Part shown: in pieces, positions 18,560-25,943 of the stretch
How positions within the stretch are numbered: position 1 is the stretch's first letter
Layout of the letters: each line of letters begins with the position of its first letter
From: a virus
Lineage: Duplodnaviria > Caudoviricetes
Virus record (IMG/VR): IMGVR_UViG_3300027921_000165
Location: 1 to 36,392 of that record
DNA length: 36,392 bases
Direction: 5' to 3' (one strand)
Made by a program: the position numbers and the translations under genes
The notes under the pieces: model-generated
What the model was told of the DNA's origin: nothing
What the model saw: only the letters and a program-made list of their open reading frames with translations
Database searches by the model: none

Positions 18560-18681
18560 ATCCGGGCTGCTGGCAATCCAGTAGTCGGGCTTGGCAGCCC
18601 GGATAAAGAAGGCTCAAGAGAGCCGCAGACCCATTCAGGGCGCGGTTTTTTTGTGGCTAGTGCTCGTGCGCGTGCCTTCAA

Positions 18682-18757
18682 TGGGCGGGCCGAGCGGGAG
18701 GGCTTCGGCCCTGCCGGTTCCTTCTTTCCGGTCTGCCAACCTGCTCGGTTCCGCCCA
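18682..18757 (+). ncRNA. c4-type antisense RNA (P1/P7 C4, P4 CI-like)
   Basis: Closing stem TGGGCGG/CCGCCCA; GGGC-TTCG-GCCC hairpin; exposed CCTTCTTT and CTGCCAA complementary to upstream and downstream AAAGAAGG/TTGGCAG. Confidence 0.82.
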
Positions 18758-18808
18758 CCCTCTTGGCAGGGGGTGGCGGGGCTTAAACCGCTAAAGAAGG
18801 AGCTTCAC

Positions 18809-19054
18809 ATGAGCACTCCCTGCGCGTCTTTCGACGCCGATCTTCCCTATCGTCTTTCCGAATCCGAGGATGAGCGCCTGCGCCAGGTGCGCGCCCTGCT
18901 GGGTATTCTCGCCAGCCTGTCCGGTCAGGCCAGTGTGCATCAGCCGCACGATGCCCCCGATTTCAACCTCCAGGAACTGCACGAAACCGCCTGGGGCCTG
19001 TATCAATCCCTCAATGACGTCATTCAGTCCTACGTAAAAAGGAGAAAAGCATGA
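18809..19054 (+). CDS. Small protein under c4 control (in frame with ash-like ORF 18536-19054)
   Basis: AAGGAG RBS coincides with the downstream c4 target; stop overlaps BRO gene start. Confidence 0.7.
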   Translation: MSTPCASFDADLPYRLSESEDERLRQVRALLGILASLSGQASVHQPHDAPDFNLQELHETAWGLYQSLNDVIQSYVKRRKA

Positions 19055-19809
19055 ACACCCTCATTACGACCGAATTCATGGGCACCGCCGTGTCCGTTAT
19101 TGACCAGAATGGCAAGAAGTGGCTCACCGCTGAGGACGTGGGCCGCTGTCTGGGTTACAACGAGGCGAATGCCAGCCAGGGTGTTCGTAATCTGTACAAC
19201 CGCCACGCCGATGAATTCACCGAAGCAGATACCTGCCAACTCAAATTGATGATGGCAGGTCAAATGCGAGAGTTGCGGGTCTTCTCCGACGCCGGCTGCA
19301 TCAAACTGGGCTTCCTGTCCAATACTGAGCGCAGCAAGGCGTTCCGGACCTGGGCGGCCAAGGTTCTGGCGCGGGAAATGCAGGCAGCGGCGGCGCCGAG
19401 CGGTGCGGCCATGGACCTGATGGCGAAGAACATGGCGAAGCTGGCGGAGGGTATGGATGCGCTGCTGCGGCAGAACAATCGGACTGACCGCTACGTGGCC
19501 CTGCTGGAGCTGAACCAGAAGGGCCATGTGAAGGTGACAGACGCCGTGCGCCTGCAGGTGTTCGAGCTGTACGCCCAGAAGATGCCGCAGGCGAGCATTG
19601 CCCGGCTGCTGCGCATCTCCCCCAGCACGGTGTGCCAACTGCTGAAGGGCTCCTATCCAATGGTGGGCTATGAGGGCCGCTTGCCGAGTTTCGAGGAACA
19701 CAGGGTGGCGTTGGAGGCAGCCATTGAAACCCAACTGGCCGAGTCGCGGGCCGTGGCATACGGATCGGCTCTTCCACTTCCCTTTGCTGACCCTGCACCA
19801 TCAATTTGA
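19051..19809 (+). CDS. BRO-N antirepressor-like protein with C-terminal HTH
   Basis: 'WLTAEDVGRCLGY', 'NLYNRHADEFT', 'RVFS..G', 'T.R.KAFR.WA'; 'QASIARLLRISPSTV'. Confidence 0.85.
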   Translation: MNTLITTEFMGTAVSVIDQNGKKWLTAEDVGRCLGYNEANASQGVRNLYNRHADEFTEADTCQLKLMMAGQMRELRVFSDAGCIKLGFLSNTERSKAFRTWAAKVLAREMQAAAAPSGAAMDLMAKNMAKLAEGMDALLRQNNRTDRYVALLELNQKGHVKVTDAVRLQVFELYAQKMPQASIARLLRISPSTVCQLLKGSYPMVGYEGRLPSFEEHRVALEAAIETQLAESRAVAYGSALPLPFADPAPSI

Positions 19810-19853
19810 TGGCGCAGGCGTCCGCCTCGGTAAAGCCCGGGGCCTGATTGGCG

Positions 19854-19959
19854 GTTTTTGTTCCACTTCTCGAATATGAGAAGTGGCCTCCTCATTTTCG
19901 AGGAGTGGAACCCGACCCCAAGTCTCATATTCGAGCCTTGGAACAAAAACAAGCAGTTA
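19854..19959. repeat. Three 21-bp CTCATWTTCGAG-nnn-TGGAAC sites (one inverted) plus IHF-like box
   Basis: 19860-19880 (reverse), 19891-19911, 19924-19944; outer pair forms a 28-bp inverted repeat 19854-19881/19923-19950; AAACAAGCAGTTA follows. Confidence 0.8.
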
Positions 19960-20175
19960 GCGCCATACACGGCGGCGGGGGGATGGGGCGCTTTCCGGCC
20001 CCATTCTCCCCGTATCCCAAAAACCAGCCTGCCCTACGCGACGGGGGCGGGCGTAAAAACAGCGTCAAACGGCGCAAACAGGTTCATAAACTTCCGGGCA
20101 GGCCCACGTAGCACCCCGCAGCCAAGCCCGCCAAAACGCCTCCCAGGGCCTTCCGGCCCGCCCCGGCGCTTCCCG

Positions 20176-20222
20176 CCGGAAACGTTTCCCGTCTTTGCTA
20201 GTACTCGCCCCGTGGCCATCAT
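20176..20222 (+). promoter_or_regulatory. Late promoter 2 (protease/capsid/tail operon)
   Basis: CCGGAAACGTTTCCCG 20176-20191, 25 bp spacer, CATCAT. Confidence 0.78.
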
Positions 20223-20248
20223 GCTCCCAGATTCTAGTGGAGCATCAC

Positions 20249-21196
20249 ATGAGCCAGTCCCCGGAACACGTTATTTCTTACACCGCCCTCGTTTTCGAGT
20301 TGGCGCCCACGGCGGGCGCGGCGGTGCCCATGGAGGCCCATCTGCTGCCGCCGGGGCCGTTCCGCGCCGATGACGGCCGGCCCTACGACTGTTCGGGCTG
20401 GCATCTTGATGCCGTAATCGCCGGCCGGGTGGCGGCGCGCATGGCCGCCCGGAGAAACGACACTCTGATCTGCTACGAGCATCAAGACCTGCGCGCCGAG
20501 TGGAACGGCCAGAAGGTTCTGGCGGCCGGCTGGTTCAAAACCCTGGAGTGGCGCGACGCCAAAGGGCTTTATGCAACGAATATCGCCTGGGTGAGCGAGG
20601 CTGCTCAGGAGATCGAGAAGAAGCAATACCGCTACATCAGCGCGTTCTTTTCCTACTACCCGGCCACGGGGGAAGTGCTGGAAATCCTGTCCGTGGCACT
20701 CACCAATACGCCGGCCCTGGATGGGCTGGATGCCCTGGCCGATCTGGCCCGGAAACTTACCGAGGAGAAAACTATGCCCGATCCGAACGTGGCCGCCCTG
20801 ACTGTCGAGCGGGATGGCCTGAGTACCCAGGTGGCGTCCCTCACCGCTGAACGGGATGGCCTGAAAACCAGCATGGCGGCGCTGACGGCCAAGGTCGCCG
20901 CCTTGGAAACGGAAGCGTCCAAGGCCGCCCTGGCCAAGGAAACGGAAGCGCGGGCGGCCCTGGTGAAGGACGGCAACGACAAGGGCTGGCTGGAGCCGTC
21001 CCTGAATGATTGGGCGGCGACCCAATCCGTGGCCTCCCTCAGTGCCTACCGGGACAAGAAAGCACCCGTCCTCGATCCCGGCCGCCAAGGCGGTAAGGGC
21101 GATGGCGCGGCCACGGCGGCGCTGAGCAAGGAAGAGGCAGAAGTGGCGGCCCGGATGGGGGTGTCCCATGAAGCCTTCGCCAAAGCCAAGGGCTAA
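20249..21196 (+). CDS. Mu gpI-like prohead protease/scaffold
   Basis: 'LLPPGPF...DGRP', 'YEHQ', 'AAGW', 'YRYIS..F', 'VALTNTPAL'. Confidence 0.92.
   Translation: MSQSPEHVISYTALVFELAPTAGAAVPMEAHLLPPGPFRADDGRPYDCSGWHLDAVIAGRVAARMAARRNDTLICYEHQDLRAEWNGQKVLAAGWFKTLEWRDAKGLYATNIAWVSEAAQEIEKKQYRYISAFFSYYPATGEVLEILSVALTNTPALDGLDALADLARKLTEEKTMPDPNVAALTVERDGLSTQVASLTAERDGLKTSMAALTAKVAALETEASKAALAKETEARAALVKDGNDKGWLEPSLNDWAATQSVASLSAYRDKKAPVLDPGRQGGKGDGAATAALSKEEAEVAARMGVSHEAFAKAKG
20774..21196 (+). CDS. Internal in-frame scaffold protein (Mu gpZ-like)
   Basis: GAGGAG then ATG right after the protease domain; Ala-rich coiled coil ending 'LSKEEAEVA..MGVS.E.F'. Confidence 0.65.
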   Translation: MPDPNVAALTVERDGLSTQVASLTAERDGLKTSMAALTAKVAALETEASKAALAKETEARAALVKDGNDKGWLEPSLNDWAATQSVASLSAYRDKKAPVLDPGRQGGKGDGAATAALSKEEAEVAARMGVSHEAFAKAKG

Positions 21197-21253
21197 GCCG
21201 GCAGGGCGGGTTGACGCCCGCCCCAGCAAATAATTTTACGAGGAGAACGAAAC

Positions 21254-22159
21254 ATGGCTGTTACTGCCGCACAACTCTTGGCCCTGACCACGGCCATCAA
21301 GGCGCGTTTCAACGCTGGCTTGGCGCTGGGCAAGGACGACTGGAAGCTGATCGCTAAACTGATTTCCAGCGAGAGCGCGTCCAACACCTATGAATGGATG
21401 AGCCAGTTCCCGGCGTTCCGGGAGTGGGTGGGCGCGCGCTTGCACAAGGCGTATGCCGAGACGGCCTACACCGTGGCCAACAAGAAGTTCGAGAACACGA
21501 TTGACATCCCCATCGAGAAGATCGAGGACGCCAATTATGGCCAGTACGGCGACGTGGCCGAGTCCTGGGGGCAATCGGTGGTGGATCTGAAGAATGCGCT
21601 GATCTTCCAGTTGCTGAAGGAAGGCTTCGCGGCCACCTGCTACGACGGCCAGTATTTCTTCGATACCGATCATCCGGTGACGGCCCTGGAGGACGGCACC
21701 GGCGCCGTGGCCAGCGTCTCCAACATGCAGGCGGGTACGGGCGAGCCGTGGGTGCTGTTGTGCACCGAGCGCGCCCCCAAGCCCTTCTACCTGCAAGAGC
21801 GGGTGGCGGCGAAGTTCACCAGCGTGGTGGACCCCAGCAATGCCCTGGTGTTCGAGAACGATACCTACAGCTTTGGCGGTCGCTGGCGCGGTGCCGGGGT
21901 CTATGGCTTCTGGCAACTGGCCTTCGGCTCCAAGGCGGACCCGACCGTGGATAACTTCACCGCCGCCTACAAGGCCATGCTGAAGATGAAGGGCGACGGC
22001 GGCCGGATGTTGGGCATCACGCCCGATCTCCTGGTGTGCGGCCCGGATAACCAGGCCGCCTTCGAGGCCATCCTGAAGGCGCAGCAGAACGCAGCCGGCG
22101 CCAGCAACACCAATTACAACAAGGTCAGGCTTCAGGTCACCCCCTGGTTGAGCCTGTGA
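21254..22159 (+). CDS. Major capsid protein (Mu gpT family)
   Basis: 'NTYEWM.QFP.FREWVG.R', 'CYDGQYFFDTDHP', 'YGFWQLA', 'G..LGI.P..LV'. Confidence 0.95.
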   Translation: MAVTAAQLLALTTAIKARFNAGLALGKDDWKLIAKLISSESASNTYEWMSQFPAFREWVGARLHKAYAETAYTVANKKFENTIDIPIEKIEDANYGQYGDVAESWGQSVVDLKNALIFQLLKEGFAATCYDGQYFFDTDHPVTALEDGTGAVASVSNMQAGTGEPWVLLCTERAPKPFYLQERVAAKFTSVVDPSNALVFENDTYSFGGRWRGAGVYGFWQLAFGSKADPTVDNFTAAYKAMLKMKGDGGRMLGITPDLLVCGPDNQAAFEAILKAQQNAAGASNTNYNKVRLQVTPWLSL

Positions 22160-22160
22160 T

Positions 22161-22206
22161 GTGGGGCCGGATTCATCCGGCCATGGCGGGTTGAAACCCG
22201 CTCCAC
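22161..22206. repeat. REP doublet immediately after the capsid stop
   Basis: GTGGGGCCGGATTCATCCGGCC-AT-GGCGGGTTGAAACCCGCTCCAC. Confidence 0.7.
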
Positions 22207-22232
22207 GCAACAATTTCGATAGGAGTTTGAGC

Positions 22233-22580
22233 ATGCCCAGAATCAAAGTGAAGGTGGTCAGCAAGGGCGCGGCGGAACGCTTCTTCCGCTGCGGCATGGA
22301 GTTCACCCGGGAATGGCAAGAAGTGGAAGTGGACGCGGCCACGGCCCGGCGCCTGCATGAAGAGCAGATGCTGGATGTGATGGAGGTGGGGGCCGATCTT
22401 CCGGAACTGAATACTTTCGGTGCTGCTGCAAAGGCGCAACCCACTTCCTCGGGCGAGGAAGTGGGTCTGGCGGCTGATCCTGCTCCGGCTGATCCCGCTC
22501 CGGCTGATCCTGCTCCCGCTGATCCCGCTCCCGCTGATCCCGCTCCGGCTGAACCCGTTCGGGCGAAGAAGGCCAAGTGA
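22233..22580 (+). CDS. Mu gp35/HI1506-like small head-associated protein
   Basis: 'F.RCG..F......V......RL..E.ML.V'; AGGAG RBS; ADPAP repeat tail. Confidence 0.7.
   Translation: MPRIKVKVVSKGAAERFFRCGMEFTREWQEVEVDAATARRLHEEQMLDVMEVGADLPELNTFGAAAKAQPTSSGEEVGLAADPAPADPAPADPAPADPAPADPAPAEPVRAKKAK
22473..22556 (+). repeat. 15-bp coding tandem repeat (ADPAP x5 + partial)
   Basis: GCTGATCCYGCTCCS x5. Confidence 0.95.
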
Positions 22581-23068
22581 TGTTCGCCTCCCTGGCTGAT
22601 CTGCTGGCTCGCTCCAACTCTCGGCGTCTGTTCCAGTTGGCGGTTCCCGCCGACCGGGCGATGCCGGGTGATGCGGCGCTGCGGGATGCCATGGGGGGTG
22701 CCGTCCTGACGGACTACGGCTCCGAGGTGGCGGAAACCCTGGGCCTGGCGCTGTCAGCCATGAACGGCGCCTTGGCCGATGCCCAGGCGCTGATGGTGGG
22801 TTACGGCGTGCCTGTCACGGCGTCCGGGCCGTTGGTGAGCCGTCTGTGTTCCACCATCGCGCTCTACTACCTCCAGGGGTCGGAGCGCATGACCGAGGAT
22901 GTACGGCGCGCTTTTGAGTCCGCCCAGGGCACGCTCAAAGCCTATGCCCGGGGCGAGGTGGAATTGATGCCACCTTCCCCTGGTGTCGCCCCGGCCGAGG
23001 ATGAAATCCTGATTGAGTCCGGGCCGGGGCGCTACGGCCTGGGTTTGCCCATGGGGAGCGACGGGTGA
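22580..23068 (+). CDS. Head-tail connector (Mu gp36 / DUF1320)
   Basis: 'FAS.ADL..R', 'AL.DA', 'C..IALY.L', 'L...A.G.V.L'; synteny. Confidence 0.8.
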   Translation: MFASLADLLARSNSRRLFQLAVPADRAMPGDAALRDAMGGAVLTDYGSEVAETLGLALSAMNGALADAQALMVGYGVPVTASGPLVSRLCSTIALYYLQGSERMTEDVRRAFESAQGTLKAYARGEVELMPPSPGVAPAEDEILIESGPGRYGLGLPMGSDG

Positions 23069-23544
23069 TTTCGCTGGCGCCCATCCTTGAGGTATTGCGG
23101 ACGGCCCCGGATGGCTTTGCCCATCCGTGGTTTCGCCAGGTGGGCGGGGCGGCGGAATATGCGCAAATCCGGCCCGATGCGCTGCCCTTGCCGGCGGCGT
23201 GGGTGGTGCGGGCGGCGGATAGGGTCACCCACGCCGGGGAAGGCATGGAAGACGCGCAAATGGCGTTTGACGTGGTGATTGCCATCGCGAATGCCCGTTA
23301 TCAGGAGGGGGTCGGCACGGATGAAATCCTGCTGGACTACCGCCGGGCGGTGAAGGATCGGCTCTTGGCCTGGCAGATGGAACCGGAACTCACGCCCTTG
23401 AAGTGGGCCGGCGGTACGGTGCTGGAATATACGGACGGGGACTTGTACTGGCGAGACCGGTACGAGTTCCGCGCCCTGGTTACGAATTTCAAGCCGGACC
23501 CGGATGGGTTCGGGCAACTCTTCAGAATGGGAGGTTCCCTGTGA
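23065..23544 (+). CDS. Gp37-like head-tail joining / tail terminator protein
   Basis: 'V.GAAEYA', 'LPAAWVV', 'L.AW', 'L.W.D.Y'; lies before sheath. Confidence 0.7.
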   Translation: MISLAPILEVLRTAPDGFAHPWFRQVGGAAEYAQIRPDALPLPAAWVVRAADRVTHAGEGMEDAQMAFDVVIAIANARYQEGVGTDEILLDYRRAVKDRLLAWQMEPELTPLKWAGGTVLEYTDGDLYWRDRYEFRALVTNFKPDPDGFGQLFRMGGSL

Positions 23545-24995
23545 TTTCGTTCAACGTGATTCCCGCCCCGCTGCGCCTGCCGGGCGTGTATGTGGAAGTG
23601 GATGGTTCCCAGGCGGGCCTGGGCGGTGATCTGCCTGCCGTGCTGCTGGTGGGTCAGAAGCTGGCTACGGGCACGGCGGCCTCGGGTGAAATCACCCGTG
23701 TCTCTTCGGTGCAGGACGCGATCAACAAGGCCGGCGCCGGCTCCATGCTGGCGCAGATGGCGGCGCGCTATCGGGCCAATGACCCGGTGTTCGATCTCTA
23801 TATGCTGCCCTACGCGGACCTGGTGGCGGGGGTGCAGGCGATGGGCACGGTGACGGTGACGGCCGCGCCCACGGCATCGGGGACGCTGGCGCTCTATGTG
23901 GCGGGCCGGCTGGTGACGGTGGGGGTGACGGCGGGCCAGACCACGGCCCAGGTGGCGGCGGCGATCGCGGCGGCCTTCACGGACCCGGATGTGCCGGTGA
24001 CGGCCGCCGTGGCAGGCTCCACCGTGACGCTCACCGCCCGGCACAAGGGCACCTGCGGCAACGATATTGACCTGCGGCTGAACCTCTACGGCGAGACGCA
24101 GCCTACGGGCCTGGGTCTGACGCTCGAAGCCATGGCCGGGGGTACGGGCAACCCGGCGCCAGGGGCGATTTCGGCCATGATCGGCCAGCGCTGGTTCCGT
24201 TACGTGGCACTGGGCATCAACGACGCGGCAACGCTCGCCGCCTGGCACACGGAAAGCCAGACGCGCTACGCGCCGCCCGTCCAGGCGGGCTTCCGGGCGT
24301 TCTCGGCCCTGCGCGGCGACTATGCCACGGCGGCCGCTTTCGGTGCCACCAAGAACTATGAACATGTGGCCATGCTCGCCCTGGAACTGAATCCCACGTC
24401 TCCCTGGGAAGCAGCGGCCATGGTGGCAGGCAGCGCCGCGCCCCGGCTGTGGAACAACCCGGCCCAGAGCCTGGAGGGCGCCCCGCTCAAGGGCATGATC
24501 GGCGTGAGCAGCTACGACTGGACCAACGGCAACAGCCTGTTGTTCAAGGGCATGAGCGTGATGCAGGTGGCCAAGGATGGTTCGTGCACGATCCGCCGCC
24601 TGATCTCCATGTACCAGTTCCGCCCGGATGGCAGCGCGGATGATGCCTTCCTGGACATCAACACGGCGGAACTGTTTGAACGTATCCGCTACGAGCAGCG
24701 CATCGGCGCCATCCAGCGTTTCGTGGGCACGGCGGCGGCGAAGAGCAATGAGGGCTACCGGCCGGGCCTGCGCATCACCACGGTGGACGACGTGCGCGCC
24801 TTCCTTCTGTCCCTGTACCAGAACAAGCTGCTGCGGGAGTTCGGTTGGGTGCAGGAGTATGAGTTCTACAAGGCCAACCTGGTGGTGGAGCAAGACCCGA
24901 CCAACCCCAACCGCTTCAACTATCTGGACATGCCGGTGCTGCTCTCGCCGTTCTACATCCTGGCCGGGCGCGGTCAGTTCCGGCGGGCGGTGTAA
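23541..24995 (+). CDS. Tail sheath protein (Mu gpL-like)
   Basis: 'ISFN.IP...R.PG.YVE.D.S.A', 'G.GSMLA.M', 'LTARHKG..GN.I', 'D..NPNR'. Confidence 0.93.
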   Translation: MISFNVIPAPLRLPGVYVEVDGSQAGLGGDLPAVLLVGQKLATGTAASGEITRVSSVQDAINKAGAGSMLAQMAARYRANDPVFDLYMLPYADLVAGVQAMGTVTVTAAPTASGTLALYVAGRLVTVGVTAGQTTAQVAAAIAAAFTDPDVPVTAAVAGSTVTLTARHKGTCGNDIDLRLNLYGETQPTGLGLTLEAMAGGTGNPAPGAISAMIGQRWFRYVALGINDAATLAAWHTESQTRYAPPVQAGFRAFSALRGDYATAAAFGATKNYEHVAMLALELNPTSPWEAAAMVAGSAAPRLWNNPAQSLEGAPLKGMIGVSSYDWTNGNSLLFKGMSVMQVAKDGSCTIRRLISMYQFRPDGSADDAFLDINTAELFERIRYEQRIGAIQRFVGTAAAKSNEGYRPGLRITTVDDVRAFLLSLYQNKLLREFGWVQEYEFYKANLVVEQDPTNPNRFNYLDMPVLLSPFYILAGRGQFRRAV

Positions 24996-24996
24996 T

Positions 24997-25080
24997 TAGG
25001 GGCTAGAGGCTAGGGGCTATGGGTTGAAATCAGCGCGCCTTGAGGCGCGGAAACTTCAACTCCTCACCCCTCACTCCTCA
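24997..25080. repeat. Heptamer-repeat hairpin element between sheath and tube
   Basis: (TAGRGGC)x3 ... GTTGAA ... CGCGCCT-TG-AGGCGCG ... TTCAAC ... (CYCCTCA)x3. Confidence 0.7.
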
Positions 25081-25105
25081 CGAATTTCACAAAGGAGCTT
25101 TGAAC

Positions 25106-25468
25106 ATGGCACAAATCAGCAATATCCGCACGGTTTCCGTGCCCTCGGTGGGCAAGCTGCCCCTGGCGGAAAAGCCCGGGAGTTTCACGCCCTCCGGCGC
25201 CAAGCGCGAACACAAGGCCGGGCGCCTGCCCAGCGATGGCGGCTTCACCGAGACGGCCTCGGCCGCCAAGTTGGAACTGTCCATCAACCTCCTCTCCGGG
25301 GTGGATGTGATGGCCCTGAACGCCATCAAGGATGAGGATGTGACGGTGCGCCTGTCGGATGGCGCCGTCTATCTCTTGTCCCAGGCGTTCTGTACGGAAG
25401 CGGTGCAGGTGGGCGATGGCGAGGCGAAGGTGGTCCTCATGGCCAATACCTCCGAGCGGGTGTCCTGA
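25106..25468 (+). CDS. Tail tube protein
   Basis: AAGGAG RBS; size and position after sheath; 'G.KRE...G....G.TE'. Confidence 0.85.
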   Translation: MAQISNIRTVSVPSVGKLPLAEKPGSFTPSGAKREHKAGRLPSDGGFTETASAAKLELSINLLSGVDVMALNAIKDEDVTVRLSDGAVYLLSQAFCTEAVQVGDGEAKVVLMANTSERVS

Positions 25469-25737
25469 TGAAAACCTTGCCCCTGAAACACCCGCTCACC
25501 GTCGGCAAGACGACGATTGAACGCCTCACGTTCCGCGACCATGCGACGGCCGGGGATATGCTGGCCTTCGATGAGACCGGCGCGACACAGCAGACCATCA
25601 CGCTGATCGCCAACCTGTCTGGCACCGATGAGGCCATCGTCAAACAGTTGCATGTCACCGACTTCCGGGCGGCGGATGCCCTCTGTTCGGAACTGATCCG
25701 CCCCGAGGCCACGGAAAAAAACGCGCCCGAATCCTGA
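25468..25737 (+). CDS. Tail assembly chaperone
   Basis: 'L.HP', 'L..R..TAGD', 'IA.L.G', 'L...DF'; between tube and tape measure. Confidence 0.85.
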   Translation: MKTLPLKHPLTVGKTTIERLTFRDHATAGDMLAFDETGATQQTITLIANLSGTDEAIVKQLHVTDFRAADALCSELIRPEATEKNAPES

Positions 25738-25862
25738 TGGCCTGTGCCCTGGTGATGCGGGGCCTGCATCAGGATTTACGCATGGTCAAAGCCCTGCCCC
25801 TGCCCGAGTTATTCACCTGGGCGCGCATCGCGGGGGCGATGGAAGGGAAAGCCTTTGAGTAG
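25716..25862 (+). other. -1 frameshift site and chaperone C-terminal extension
   Basis: A AAA AAC heptamer at 25716-25722; -1 frame open to TAG 25860-25862 (…KRARILMACAL…LPELFTW…). Confidence 0.78.
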
Positions 25863-25865
25863 TAC

Positions 25866-25912
25866 CGGGAAACGTTTCCCGCCTGAACTTCAGTAGTCAC
25901 CCCCGATAAGCT
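25866..25912 (+). promoter_or_regulatory. Late promoter 3 (tape measure/baseplate)
   Basis: CGGGAAACGTTTCCCG 25866-25881, 25 bp spacer, TAAGCT. Confidence 0.8.
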
Positions 25913-25943
25913 CCGGTTACCCCCACGTAACTGGAGCTTTTTC

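Noticed and set aside
18682-18757. tRNA gene
   Set aside because: Similar size but lacks T-loop and D-loop consensus; loops match antisense targets
18536-18808. Ash-like N-terminal extension as a real protein
   Set aside because: No clear RBS at 18536; the sequence is explained by the c4 RNA and its targets; strong RBS lies at the 18809 start. Not fully excluded.
19854-19950. Mini CRISPR array
   Set aside because: Only three units, mixed orientation, 10-12 bp gaps, no cas genes
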